DNA from: a virus
Lineage: Duplodnaviria > Caudoviricetes
IMG/VR virus record: IMGVR_UViG_3300015203_000012
Location: 1 to 50,451 of that record
Reading direction: 5' to 3' (one strand)
Length of the DNA stretch: 50,451 nucleotides
The position numbers and the translations under genes are program-made. Numbering within the stretch: the first letter of the stretch is position 1; each line of letters opens with the position of its first letter. Under the pieces are notes generated by a model. That model was given only the letters and a program-made list of their open reading frames with translations. It was not told the origin of the DNA and made no database searches. Shown here in pieces: positions 1 to 9,548 of the stretch.

Positions 1-822
1 CGGTCGATCGTCGGCGATACCAAACAGTCCTTTGTGGTGCAGGCGCATATGGTGGCCGAACCCCAGGACGCCCACCTGGGCGGTGGCGCCGGCCAGATTG
101 AGCTGTCGTGGCTGAAACTCGACGGTGAGCACGACCCGGCCGGGAACACGTCATCGTGGACGATCGCCGCCCCCGACGTCACGTTCGACCGGGTCCGCAT
201 GTACCAGTCGAACCCGGCCACCCACGGCACGATCGCGTTCTCACCGATCGCCGGCAGCTACGGCAACGGCGACCGGGCCACACTGCGCTACTCGAAGATC
301 CACGACATCGGCCAGAAACCAGTCACATCAACATCCGCGCCGGGCTTCTACATGCACGGCGTGTACGCGCAGGCGCTCCAGCTTGACCTCCACGACGTGT
401 GGGCGTGGAACTGCTCCCGGATCGGCCTGATGTTCCGCGGCGCAACGAACAGTTCGATGATCTACTTCGCGTCCGACCGCAACGGCGCCGGGGCGGCGTT
501 CGCCGACAACGGCACCAGCAACGACCAGATGCACCACGGCATCGTCACGAACTCGTTCGAGGCTCTCCACAATGACGACTTCGGGATCGCGATCTTCAAC
601 CCGTCAACCGGCAACCTGTTCGACCACATGATGTCGTTCGGGAACCACCAAGGAGACTTCGACACCGGCGCCGGTGTCACTGACGGCGGCTCCAATGTTG
701 TCGGCACCGACCCGAACTACATCAACCCCGTCGACTCCGACCCCGCCCTCGTTGACCTTCGCCCCGCCGCCGGCTCGTTCATCGACGCGACGTTCGGCGC
801 CCGCCAGATGATCCCATTCTGA
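1..822 (+). CDS. C-terminal part of a right-handed beta-helix (pectin-lyase-like) fibre/depolymerase; 5'-partial
   Basis: Frame is open from base 1. Repeating beta-helix-like rungs (SKIHDIG, HGVY, LHDVWAWN) and a C-terminal DP-Y...DLRP..GS motif. Probably the same gene as 50025..end. Confidence 0.6.
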   Translation, partial: RSIVGDTKQSFVVQAHMVAEPQDAHLGGGAGQIELSWLKLDGEHDPAGNTSSWTIAAPDVTFDRVRMYQSNPATHGTIAFSPIAGSYGNGDRATLRYSKIHDIGQKPVTSTSAPGFYMHGVYAQALQLDLHDVWAWNCSRIGLMFRGATNSSMIYFASDRNGAGAAFADNGTSNDQMHHGIVTNSFEALHNDDFGIAIFNPSTGNLFDHMMSFGNHQGDFDTGAGVTDGGSNVVGTDPNYINPVDSDPALVDLRPAAGSFIDATFGARQMIPF

Positions 823-1073
823 TGGCCGATCATCCCCACATCGAGCTCCTCCGCCAGGTGTACCCGGACCTGACCGACACAGACCGGATCGTGGCGTTCG
901 AGGAGTTCGAGGACCCGGCGTGGGCGGAGCACGGCGACCCGGCGTTCCAGGATCCCGAGACCGGCCTGAACCCGAACACGCATGGGATCATCCCGGGGCC
1001 GCTCGAGCGGCACACCGGCACCCGGACGGCGCTCGCCGACCATCTGATCGCCCGGAACCAGCGGCCCGGCTGA
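822..1073 (+). CDS. hypothetical protein
   Basis: TGATG coupling to upstream gene; typical codon usage. Confidence 0.6.
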   Translation: MADHPHIELLRQVYPDLTDTDRIVAFEEFEDPAWAEHGDPAFQDPETGLNPNTHGIIPGPLERHTGTRTALADHLIARNQRPG

Positions 1074-1090
1074 CGGCGACACCGAGGGGC

Positions 1091-1120
1091 TTGCACGATG
1101 TCCCCTCGATGATCTAGGGT
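1091..1120 (+). promoter_or_regulatory. putative sigma-A promoter overlapped by a CGAGGGG/CCCCTCG inverted repeat
   Basis: TTGCAC-N18-TAGGGT in an intergenic gap. Confidence 0.4.
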
Positions 1121-1226
1121 GACAGGCGTGACGGAGCTTAGAGTCCCCTTCCGCCTTACGACCCGCGCCTGCCGTGCTCCGTCACAGGGCTCCGGTGGGC
1201 GCGGATCGCAGGGCCAGGAGGCACCC

Positions 1227-1331
1227 ATCAAGCTCTCGCTCACCCAGACCGTTTTCCGCACCCGGCTCGCCGCCGGCGCGAACCTTTTGGGCGGATCGCA
1301 GATCCTCGCCGACCGGAACACGAACGCGTGA
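1227..1331 (+). CDS. small ORF, possible ATC start
   Basis: AGGAGG 5 nt before ATC; stop overlaps next GTG. Confidence 0.3.
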   Translation: MKLSLTQTVFRTRLAAGANLLGGSQILADRNTNA

Positions 1332-1507
1332 CGACGGTGTGGACGACCCGCACCGGCACCGTCCTGCACGCAACACCGTCATGCCCGACCTTGGACGGCC
1401 GGAAGATCCTGAAGCTCGACCGGTCGGATGCGCTGCCCGGCTCGACGCTCTGCACGACGCCGCTGTGCCGGATGGTCCGCGGCCGCGCACGGGAGAAAGC
1501 CGCATGA
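1328..1507 (+). CDS. small Cys/His-containing protein, 59 aa (not in ORF track)
   Basis: VTTVWTTRTGTVLHATPSCPTL...LCTTPLC; GTGA and ATGA overlaps at both ends. Confidence 0.6.
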   Translation: MTTVWTTRTGTVLHATPSCPTLDGRKILKLDRSDALPGSTLCTTPLCRMVRGRAREKAA

Positions 1508-1529
1508 CCGACGCACCGTGCTCGCTGTT
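1504..1529 (+). repeat. module-start motif B, copy 1 (ATGACCGACGCACCGTGCTCGCTGTT)
   Basis: Aligns without gaps to 37246-37271 and 43582-43607. Confidence 0.6.
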
Positions 1530-1917
1530 CGATCACCGCGTTATCGTCTGCGGAAGCCGCCGATTTCACGACCGCGAGCTAATGGCATCCGTCCTGAGCG
1601 AGTTGCAGATCGACCGTGGCTGGACGCCGCTGATCGTCCACGGAGCCGCTCGCGGAGCCGACCGGATCGCAGGCGAGGAGGCAGGAAAGCTCGGCTTCCA
1701 CACCGAGGAGCATCCGGCCGACTGGGACAGGCTTGGAAAGGCAGCGGGCTTCATCCGCAACGAGGAGATGGCTGCGCTCGGAGCATCGCTGTGCATCGCT
1801 TTCTGGGATGGCAAGAGTCGCGGGACGTGGGACATGGTCGAGCGGGCGAAGAAGCACGGGATCGACTGGGAGATCCACTGCGGCAAGCCGGGGGAGTTGT
1901 CCTTTGCAGCCGCGTGA
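1504..1917 (+). CDS. SLOG family (YspA/DUF2493-like) nucleotide-binding protein
   Basis: VIVCGSRRF, VHGAARGAD, HPADW..GKAAG.IRN, AFWDGKSRGT. Confidence 0.85.
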   Translation: MTDAPCSLFDHRVIVCGSRRFHDRELMASVLSELQIDRGWTPLIVHGAARGADRIAGEEAGKLGFHTEEHPADWDRLGKAAGFIRNEEMAALGASLCIAFWDGKSRGTWDMVERAKKHGIDWEIHCGKPGELSFAAA

Positions 1918-1937
1918 CGTAGGGCATGGAACCGGGC
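1915..1937 (+). repeat. 23-bp site A (TGACGTAGGGCATGGAACCGGGC), consensus copy
   Basis: Identical to 43995-44017 and 44194-44216; its TGA is the SLOG stop. Confidence 0.9.
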
Positions 1938-1980
1938 AGTCGGGCCGTCCGATCGTCGTCGCCATCCCGGGGAGATCGCT

Positions 1981-2580
1981 GTGAGAGGCTTCCCCGGCAC
2001 GACGCCCACGTGCTCCATCGACGGCTGCGAGTCTCCCACCCGGGCGCGCGGATGGTGCAACCGCCACTACTGCCTCTGGCGGGCTCACGGCGACCCACTC
2101 GCAGGAGCCTACGAGGTCGGTCTTTCGATCGAGGAGCGTTTCCGGCGGCAGATCCTCGTCGACGACGCGACCGGCTGCTGGCTATGGCTAGGAGACCATG
2201 ATCGACGGGGCTACGGCAGGTTCTGGATCAGCGGGCAAAGAGACGACCGTGTTCGCCCTATGGCTCACCGCTGGTCATTCGAGCACCACGTCGGCCCGAT
2301 TCCAGACGGACTCTGTGTGTGCCACCGCTGCGACAACCCGCCCTGCTGCAATCCCGAGCATCTCTTCGTGGGAACTCACAAGGAGAACGTCGCTGACTGC
2401 GCCGCAAAAGGAAGGCGGGCGACACCGACCAGAAAGCTGACGCCCGAGCAGGTGTTCGCCATTCGCGCAAGCCACTCGTCAGGACGGGGGCCTACTCATC
2501 GTGAACTAGCGAAGGCGCATGGCGTTGCGAAGTCGACGATCACCAGCGTGCTGCGCGGCGACACGTGGAAGGCGGCATGA
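1981..2580 (+). CDS. HNH endonuclease with C-terminal HTH
   Basis: CSIDGC...CNRHY, CWLW, AHR, VCHRCDNPPCCNPEHLF. Confidence 0.9.
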   Translation: MRGFPGTTPTCSIDGCESPTRARGWCNRHYCLWRAHGDPLAGAYEVGLSIEERFRRQILVDDATGCWLWLGDHDRRGYGRFWISGQRDDRVRPMAHRWSFEHHVGPIPDGLCVCHRCDNPPCCNPEHLFVGTHKENVADCAAKGRRATPTRKLTPEQVFAIRASHSSGRGPTHRELAKAHGVAKSTITSVLRGDTWKAA

Positions 2581-3257
2581 AGACCATCACGGTTGCCATT
2601 CCTGTGCTTTCGCGTCCGCAGAACGCCCAGGCGGTCGTCGCCTCGCTCGAGCTGTCCGACCCGAACGAGCTGTGCCGGCCGCTCTTCGTCACGTCGCCCG
2701 GTGACCTCCGCCAGATCGAGGCATGCCACGCAACGGGCGCCGACGTTCTGATGGCCGACTGGCCGACAGGCCCAGGCGACTACCAACGGAAGATCAACCT
2801 CGCTGTCCGGGCGACCACCGAGCCGTTCGTGTTCACCGGTGCCGATGACCTCCGGTTCCACCCGGGATGGGCCGACGAAGCTCTCCGTGTAGCCAGCCAA
2901 CACAACGCTGGGATGGTCGGCACCGACGACATGGGAAACGGCCTCGTCCGGCAGGGCCTCCACTCCACTCATTCGCTGTTCAGCCGTCGCTACATCGACG
3001 AGTGCGGAACGATTGATCAGCCGGGCCTGGTCTACCACGAAGGCTACGGTCATCAGCACTGCGACGTCGAGGCGTACGAGACAGCCGTCGCGCGCGGCTG
3101 CTTCGCGTTCGCACCGGCCGCAGCAGTCGAGCACTTGCACTTCCTCTGGAATAAGGGGCAGCGTGACGCGACGTACGACAAGGGCCTCTCCACGTCCGAC
3201 GAAGACCTCGCGCTGTACCGAAGCCGTCGACATCTATGGCAGGCGATCGCCGCATGA
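2577..3257 (+). CDS. glycosyltransferase (GT-A)
   Basis: VAIPVLSRP, FTGADD, GYGHQHCD, VEHLH. Confidence 0.8.
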   Translation: MKTITVAIPVLSRPQNAQAVVASLELSDPNELCRPLFVTSPGDLRQIEACHATGADVLMADWPTGPGDYQRKINLAVRATTEPFVFTGADDLRFHPGWADEALRVASQHNAGMVGTDDMGNGLVRQGLHSTHSLFSRRYIDECGTIDQPGLVYHEGYGHQHCDVEAYETAVARGCFAFAPAAAVEHLHFLWNKGQRDATYDKGLSTSDEDLALYRSRRHLWQAIAA

Positions 3258-3799
3258 ACGCCGTCCTGTTCGCCCCGCACCAGGACGACGAAGCGCTCTT
3301 CGCCGGGATGCTCGCGCAGCACCATCAGGCACACATCATCGTCGTCCTCCGTTCGTTCGTGCAGGCATCTCGTGGTCTCCCGATCTCGGCGCAGATGCGC
3401 GAGCATGAGTCCGCGGCGGCCGCCCAGGAGCTCGGCCTCACGGTCGAGCAGTGGCCGTTCCGCGACGACACCCCGGATTGGCCGGCGGTTGAGGCGTCGA
3501 TGCGTGCGCTCGACGACCGGCTTGCCCCTGACGTGGTGCTCGCCCCGGCGGTCGAACTGGGCGGCCATGAGCAGCACAGCATGGTCGGCGACCTCGCCGA
3601 CGCCGTGTTCGGCGGCCGTGTCGTGAACTACCTCACCTATGTGCGCGGCCAGTCGCGCACCGTGTCGAAGCGTCCGTTCGTTGGCACACCCGATCAGATC
3701 TGTCGGAAGCTGCGCGCGTTGGCATGTTACCGGTCGCAGATCGCGGAGCCGTCGACGCAGCCGTGGTTCCTCGGCGAGTTGACGGAGTACCTCGCGTGA
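3254..3799 (+). CDS. PIG-L/LmbE-family N-deacetylase
   Basis: APHQDDE, GGHEQH, K..AL.CY.SQ. Confidence 0.9.
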   Translation: MNAVLFAPHQDDEALFAGMLAQHHQAHIIVVLRSFVQASRGLPISAQMREHESAAAAQELGLTVEQWPFRDDTPDWPAVEASMRALDDRLAPDVVLAPAVELGGHEQHSMVGDLADAVFGGRVVNYLTYVRGQSRTVSKRPFVGTPDQICRKLRALACYRSQIAEPSTQPWFLGELTEYLA

Positions 3800-4380
3800 G
3801 CGGCGACACTCAGCCAGACTCGACGGGGAAGCCCGTCAAGATTCCTCGCGATATGTCGTTGCGTCTGCGCGACTCAAGCAAGGAACTCGACTTCGCGACC
3901 ATTGACGAGTTCTGCGAGGCGATCGGTATGTCTGAATATGACACCCGGTCCCGTGAAGCGGTGGTGTGGTATCTCTCGCGCCGTCAGGGGCCAGACGGGA
4001 ATGCAGCGTTCGGCTTATGGAGGGACGACGAAGGTGATTACCACGCGGATGCCGAGATGGTTGCATACTGGAATCTTCGTCACGAGCGACTGGCGCGTCG
4101 CGCGCGTCGCTCCTATGCCGCGGCGCATCCGAAGACCATCGCACACGACCGCGCTGAGTTAACACCTGAGCAGCGCGCCGACCTTGAGGCATTCCATGCA
4201 GAGGTCGCGGCTGAGCGTGAGCGCAGTCGCGCCGAGCGTATTGCCTCGCGCCCGGTCGAGCCCACGATAGAACCACGCAAATGCACCACCTGCGGCAAGA
4301 AGCCCGCTCGGCTTGGCGATCTATGCAAGCGGTGCGCGTACGCGGCAGGCGTGATGCCGAAAGGAAAGATCGGGGCATGA
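3796..4380 (+). CDS. hypothetical protein with C-terminal Zn finger
   Basis: Coupled overlaps; CTTCGK...CKRC. Confidence 0.6.
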   Translation: MSGDTQPDSTGKPVKIPRDMSLRLRDSSKELDFATIDEFCEAIGMSEYDTRSREAVVWYLSRRQGPDGNAAFGLWRDDEGDYHADAEMVAYWNLRHERLARRARRSYAAAHPKTIAHDRAELTPEQRADLEAFHAEVAAERERSRAERIASRPVEPTIEPRKCTTCGKKPARLGDLCKRCAYAAGVMPKGKIGA

Positions 4381-5228
4381 CCGTCGGCCTGTACGTGATG
4401 ACCGAGAAAGGCCTCGCTGTGCTCGGCGCCGCGATCGACGCAGGTGTGGAGATCGCGCACGTCACGACGGCCGAAGCTCGCGGCATGAACGACCTGTCGC
4501 ACCAGCAGATCGGGGAGACAGCGAAGGCGCATGGCATCCCGACGTTCCTGCGCCAGCATCCGCCCGAGTTCACCGGCACGTTCTCGATCGCTGCGGGGTG
4601 GCGGTGGATGCTCGACGTGCCGCAGTTGGTCGTGCTGCACGACTCGCTGCTGCCCAGATACCGCGGCTTCTCGCCGCTCATCACAGCCCTGATCAACGGC
4701 GAGCCGCAGGTCGGCGTCACGGCGTTCCTCGCCGAGACGGAACCCGACACCGGCCCGATCATCGCGCAACGCTCGATCCCTGTCAGCTACCCGGCGAGGA
4801 TGCGTGACGTGCTCGACCGGCTCGTGCCGCTCTACGGCGACCTGGCCGCTGACGTTCTCGCCGGGGATCTCCGCTCGACGCCGCAGGACCATGCGAAGGC
4901 GACCTACTCGCTCTGGCGTGACGTGAATGACTTCCGCATCGACTGGCATGCCGACGACCGCCGCGTCTGCCGGCTCGTCGACGCTGCCTCCGACCCATTC
5001 GAGGGCGCACGCTGCTGGTTCACCCGCTCCGGCGGCGAGCGCACGCATCTCGCTCACATCGTCCGCGCGACGCCCGAGCCCGACGTTCGCTTCGAGGATC
5101 GCCATCCGGGCAAGGTCGCGTTCATCCGTGACGGCTGCCCGATCGTGGTGTGCGGCACCGGCATGGTGCGGATCCTGGAGATGCACGGCGGCGGCGGGAT
5201 CGAGTCGGTCAAGACGAGGTTCGAGTGA
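4377..5228 (+). CDS. formyltransferase (sugar N-formyltransferase/FMT-like)
   Basis: HDSLLPRYRGFSP, GVTAF, DTGPII, DPFEGA. Confidence 0.9.
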   Translation: MTVGLYVMTEKGLAVLGAAIDAGVEIAHVTTAEARGMNDLSHQQIGETAKAHGIPTFLRQHPPEFTGTFSIAAGWRWMLDVPQLVVLHDSLLPRYRGFSPLITALINGEPQVGVTAFLAETEPDTGPIIAQRSIPVSYPARMRDVLDRLVPLYGDLAADVLAGDLRSTPQDHAKATYSLWRDVNDFRIDWHADDRRVCRLVDAASDPFEGARCWFTRSGGERTHLAHIVRATPEPDVRFEDRHPGKVAFIRDGCPIVVCGTGMVRILEMHGGGGIESVKTRFE

Positions 5229-5881
5229 TCAGGAAGCTGATGATCTGTCCGTGGTTCGGCGACGAACCCGTGTGGGCCGCACGCTGGCACGCATCAGCCG
5301 GCGCATTGGCCGAGCACGGCTACGACTTCCTCAACGACCGCGACCTCGACGACTTCAAGCAACGAGTGAAGGATGTCCTCGGCGTCGACTGCCCCATCAC
5401 ACCCGGCTCGGCGAAGATCCATGATTACCGGCCCGCGTTCGGCCACCTGTACGCCGACGAAATCAGGGCGGGCGGCTACGAGTTCTGGGGGCACACCGAC
5501 TACGACTGCGTCTACGGCCGCGTCGACAGGTTCGCCACCGACGAACTGCTCAACCGGGTGGATGTGCAGACCGACAACGTCTACGACTACCTCTGCGGGC
5601 CGTGGACGCTCTACCGGCAGAGCGTCTGCGTTCGCCTCTACCAACTCGACCCGTTCTGGGGAGACAAGCTCGAGGATCCGGTGACGTCAGGGTGGGTCGA
5701 AACGTCGTTCACGGACATCGCGAAGCATCACACTCATGTCAGCATCGAGCACCACCACGCCTACACCGAGCCCGACAAGTTGACGACCGACGGCGACGGG
5801 CTGTTCTGGCATGGCGTCGAGATCCCGTTCTTCCACTTCCGCAGGTCGAAGGTCTGGCCGACAGTGCGGTACGCCACGTGA
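5225..5881 (+). CDS. glycosyltransferase-like protein (DUF6625-like)
   Basis: PWFG, KIHDYRPAFG, YEFWGHTDYDCVYG, FFHF. Confidence 0.65.
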   Translation: MIRKLMICPWFGDEPVWAARWHASAGALAEHGYDFLNDRDLDDFKQRVKDVLGVDCPITPGSAKIHDYRPAFGHLYADEIRAGGYEFWGHTDYDCVYGRVDRFATDELLNRVDVQTDNVYDYLCGPWTLYRQSVCVRLYQLDPFWGDKLEDPVTSGWVETSFTDIAKHHTHVSIEHHHAYTEPDKLTTDGDGLFWHGVEIPFFHFRRSKVWPTVRYAT

Positions 5882-6192
5882 TCTTCCAACCGGACTTCGC
5901 ACAGCTCGTGCTCTCCGGCAAGAAGACGCAGACCAGGCGCCGCGCGATCGGGAAAACCCCATGCCGCTACAGAGCCGGTCGCACGTATGCGGTGCAGGAC
6001 GGCCGTGGCCGTCGCGCGCTCGGAAGGATCCGCGTTCTGTCGGTCGCGCTCACACCAGTCGCGCACATGACCCCCGCTGACGCCACCGCCGAAGGCTTCG
6101 CGAGCCCAGCGTCATTTTGGGAATGGTGGACGAACCGTTACGGCGACATCCGCGACCAGTGGTGCTGGCGCATCGAGTTCGAGGTCGCGTGA
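5878..6192 (+). CDS. ASCH-domain protein
   Basis: LVLSGKKTQTRR, DATAEGF, WRIEF. Confidence 0.85.
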   Translation: MIFQPDFAQLVLSGKKTQTRRRAIGKTPCRYRAGRTYAVQDGRGRRALGRIRVLSVALTPVAHMTPADATAEGFASPASFWEWWTNRYGDIRDQWCWRIEFEVA

Positions 6193-6767
6193 ACGTCTCC
6201 GCTGTGGTCGTCACCCGGGGAGACGTCGACCTCGATCCCAGCGTCGTGCCGCTCCGCGAAGCAGGCATCGACGACATCGTGGTCTGGGACAACTCGAAGC
6301 GCGCCCATGACCTCGCCGTGTACGGCCGATACGCCGCAATCGCCGAAGCAACCGGCGCAGCCGTGGTCGTCCAGGACGACGACGTGATTCTCGACATCGA
6401 CTCGGTGCGCTCCCTGATCGACGCGCACCAGCCGGGCCACGTTATCTGCAACATGCCCGCCCGGTTCCGCCACGGTTTCTACCGCGACCATTGCCTCGTC
6501 GGCTTCGGCGCCATCTTCGACCGCGATCTGCCCGAGCAGGCGTTCAAGCGATTCGGTGGCGACCGCCTCTGGTCGTTCTTTGACATCACGACCTTCAACC
6601 GCACTTGCGACATCGTGTTCACTGCTCTCACTCCTCGCGTGCTTGTCGACGTCCCCTACCGGGATCGCGAGTTCGCATCCGCACCCGGACGTATGTGGAC
6701 GTCGCGGGGCCACGTCGAGGAGCGCACCCGCATGCTCAATCTCGCCCTGAAGGTGCGTGACCGGTGA
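6189..6767 (+). CDS. glycosyltransferase (GT-A)
   Basis: SAVVVTRG, VWDNS, YGRY, VQDDD, CD. Confidence 0.75.
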   Translation: MNVSAVVVTRGDVDLDPSVVPLREAGIDDIVVWDNSKRAHDLAVYGRYAAIAEATGAAVVVQDDDVILDIDSVRSLIDAHQPGHVICNMPARFRHGFYRDHCLVGFGAIFDRDLPEQAFKRFGGDRLWSFFDITTFNRTCDIVFTALTPRVLVDVPYRDREFASAPGRMWTSRGHVEERTRMLNLALKVRDR

Positions 6768-7213
6768 TCGTCATCGACCTCGGCTGCCACACCCACGGCG
6801 ACGCCGACTCGATCCACACCCTGATCGCACGGTTCGGCCCCCGGCTTCTGTACGGGTTCGACCCGCACCCTCAGAACCTCGAACGGGTCATCACGATCGG
6901 GACGACGACCGTCGTCACCGCACGGCGCGCAGCATGGGTTACCGACGGGCCGCTCACGTTCACCATCGACGGATCCCGCACACGGATCGGTGGTAACCAC
7001 CAAGCAGAAGCCTTCGACCTTGTCCGCTGGCTGCGCACCCTGCCGCGCGTCCCGACGATCATGAAGCTCGACGTTGAAGGCGCCGAACACGAGATCCTCC
7101 GCCACCTCCGCGCGAACAGCGTCGACGAGCTCCTCGACCTGATCCTCGTCGAATGGCACGGGCCGCCGACGAAACTCGTCTACGCCTGCCCGGTCGAGGA
7201 GTGGACGATCTGA
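6764..7213 (+). CDS. FkbM-family methyltransferase
   Basis: IDLGC, YGFDP, MKLDVEGAE, VEWH. Confidence 0.85.
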   Translation: MIVIDLGCHTHGDADSIHTLIARFGPRLLYGFDPHPQNLERVITIGTTTVVTARRAAWVTDGPLTFTIDGSRTRIGGNHQAEAFDLVRWLRTLPRVPTIMKLDVEGAEHEILRHLRANSVDELLDLILVEWHGPPTKLVYACPVEEWTI

Positions 7214-7944
7214 TCACCGACATCCTGTACCTGACGTTCAACCGTCTCGAGTTCACCCGCTTCACGTTGCAGATGATGATCCGCAACACCGACTGGCATC
7301 TCGTCAGACAAGTCGTGATCTACGACGACTCCAGCGAAGACGGCACCCGCGAATACCTCGACCAGGCGGTCGCCGACATCCCCGTCGACGTGTCGCTCCG
7401 CTGCGAAAAGCTCCGGTCCCCCGTCGCCGTGATGAACCGGTATATGCGCGACACAGACGCGCACCGGTTCGTGAAGATCGACTCCGACATCGCCGTCCCA
7501 CCACGCTGGCTCACCAACCTCTCCGATGTCATGGACGGCAACCAGGAACTCGACCTCCTCGGCATGGAAGGCGGCCGGATGGGCCTGCCACGCTATGACC
7601 CCGTGAAGTACGGGTACACGCTGTGCACCCATATCGGCGGGGTCGGGCTGATGCGCACCCACCCGTTCCGCGAATACGGGCCGATCCCCGAACAAGGCCG
7701 CTTCGGGTTCGGCGACTGGCAGCAGGAACACGGCCTCGTCCGCGGCTGGATCACCCCCGACCTTCTCGTCTGCGAGCTCGACAAGGTGCCTATCGACCCG
7801 TGGGTGTCGCTCTCCCAGCGGTACATCGCCGAGGGTTGGCAGCGGCAGTGGGGTCACTACGACAACCGGTTCCCGTACTGGTACGAATGGTTCGACCCGG
7901 CCGTCGTTGCCGAATGCACTGCCGACGAAGGGGCTGCCGAGTGA
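7210..7944 (+). CDS. glycosyltransferase family 2; probable CTG start
   Basis: LTFNRLEFT, YDDSSEDGT, KIDSD; GAGGAG upstream, CTGA overlap. Confidence 0.8.
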   Translation: MITDILYLTFNRLEFTRFTLQMMIRNTDWHLVRQVVIYDDSSEDGTREYLDQAVADIPVDVSLRCEKLRSPVAVMNRYMRDTDAHRFVKIDSDIAVPPRWLTNLSDVMDGNQELDLLGMEGGRMGLPRYDPVKYGYTLCTHIGGVGLMRTHPFREYGPIPEQGRFGFGDWQQEHGLVRGWITPDLLVCELDKVPIDPWVSLSQRYIAEGWQRQWGHYDNRFPYWYEWFDPAVVAECTADEGAAE

Positions 7945-8696
7945 AGCTCGCGGCCTCCCTGATCGTCCGCAACGAGCTCTCGAGGTTTCTCGAGCCGTGC
8001 ATCGAGTCGCTCCTCGAGTTCGTCGACGAGATACGCGTGCTGGACGACCACTCCGATGACGGGAGTTGGGAGTGGCTGCTGAACCGTGCCGGTGTGCAAC
8101 CGTTGAAGGTCGGCGGATCAGCAGCCTTTTTCGCACATGAGGGGCGGGCCCGGCAGACGCTGCTGGAGTGGACATTGGAGGGCGACCCGACGCATGTGCT
8201 CGCCGTCGACGCCGACGAGCTCGTGTCGGACGGGGCAGCCGTCAGACGTGTCTGTGAGGAATCGCCTGCGGACGTGTTCTCGCTCGACATGCTCGAGGTG
8301 TGGAACGCCCAGTCGGACTGTCTGTGTGTGCGCGGCGATGGTGGCTGGCGGCCGCATCCGGTGCACGCGTTGTGGCGTGTGCCGGCCGACCGGTCAAGGT
8401 TGCATGTCGCCGATCGTGCTTTGGCGTGTGGCCGTGTCCCGCAGATCGTCGATCAGGCGAAGGCCCTGCCGACGGGTGCCAGGATCCTGCATTTCGGATG
8501 GGCGAACGAGACGGAACGCGTCGCACGTCATCACCGCTACACGGTCGCGGACGGCGGCCGGTTCCACCAATCGCAGCATCTCGACTCGATCCTCTGGCCC
8601 GACGAGCGTGTCGGCCTACACCCGTTCGGCTGGCCGTCCGCGATCGTCCCGCACCGACACCTCATCCTTGAACGCTGCAACCCGAAAGGAACCTGA
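7941..8696 (+). CDS. glycosyltransferase family 2
   Basis: IVRNE, LDDHSDDGS, VDADE, ILHFG. Confidence 0.85.
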   Translation: MKLAASLIVRNELSRFLEPCIESLLEFVDEIRVLDDHSDDGSWEWLLNRAGVQPLKVGGSAAFFAHEGRARQTLLEWTLEGDPTHVLAVDADELVSDGAAVRRVCEESPADVFSLDMLEVWNAQSDCLCVRGDGGWRPHPVHALWRVPADRSRLHVADRALACGRVPQIVDQAKALPTGARILHFGWANETERVARHHRYTVADGGRFHQSQHLDSILWPDERVGLHPFGWPSAIVPHRHLILERCNPKGT

Positions 8697-8938
8697 TGGC
8701 AGGCATCACCCGCACCGTGCATCCGCAATCGAACTTCTTCTGGCGGCCGCTCGCTGAAGCGGCCCCCGACATGAACCTCCAAGGCGGCGACCCTGGCAAC
8801 CCGCCGATGGCGTTGGTGTTCGTCGACCCCGACGTCGAAACCCACGTGTTCGTGTTCGGCGAGGACGGGAGGCAGGCGTTGCTGAAGGCGCTGACCGGCG
8901 GCGTCATCATCCCCAACGGCGTCGTGCCGATCCAGTGA
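8696..8938 (+). CDS. hypothetical protein
   Basis: Coupled overlaps. Confidence 0.6.
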   Translation: MAGITRTVHPQSNFFWRPLAEAAPDMNLQGGDPGNPPMALVFVDPDVETHVFVFGEDGRQALLKALTGGVIIPNGVVPIQ

Positions 8939-9282
8939 GCGCGTGGGTGCCGGCACCGTGGCAGTTCGTTCTGCTCGCGCTCGCATGCTTCCGGGCCACG
9001 AGGATCATCGGGTGGGACTCGATCACCGAGCCGTTGCGGCGAAGATTCACCGGCTACACCGACCAGGGAGCCCCGACGATCGACGACGCGAAACGCCTCA
9101 CCCACGGGCGCGCGAGGATCTACATGTCAGCCCTCCTGAGATGCCCCTGGTGTGTCGGAACCTACGTGTGCTTGGCCGCCTACGGGCTCTGGCTGTGGCA
9201 GCCGATCATCGCGGTTGCGGTGTCGGTGCCTGCGGCCCTCGGGGCCGTCACCGGCCTCGTCGCGAAGAACCTCGACGCCTGA
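8935..9282 (+). CDS. DUF1360-like membrane protein
   Basis: LA.FR.TR...WDSITEPLR, LLRCPWC; precedes portal. Confidence 0.75.
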   Translation: MSAWVPAPWQFVLLALACFRATRIIGWDSITEPLRRRFTGYTDQGAPTIDDAKRLTHGRARIYMSALLRCPWCVGTYVCLAAYGLWLWQPIIAVAVSVPAALGAVTGLVAKNLDA

Positions 9283-9358
9283 GTGACCTATACGTCGTCC
9301 CCCTAGTCCCCTACACTCCGCGGCGAGACCGACAGGGCACGAACGAAAGGGGAACGGT

Positions 9359-9526
9359 ATGCCGTGCAATTGCGGCGGGTCAGGGCAGTGGCAGCCGCCA
9401 GCCGAAGCAGGACACCAGCAGCCCGTCGTGGCGGCATCCGGGCCGGCGGCACCCGGGTATTTCTCTGAGCCTGCCGCACCGAAGGTCTGGAACGGGCCTG
9501 CGCCGGCACCGGCGAAGAGCGCCTAG
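9359..9526 (+). CDS. small CxC protein, 55 aa (not in ORF track)
   Basis: MPCNCGG...; AAAGGGG RBS. Confidence 0.65.
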   Translation: MPCNCGGSGQWQPPAEAGHQQPVVAASGPAAPGYFSEPAAPKVWNGPAPAPAKSA

Positions 9527-9548
9527 CCTTGAACACAGGGGTGCGCTG

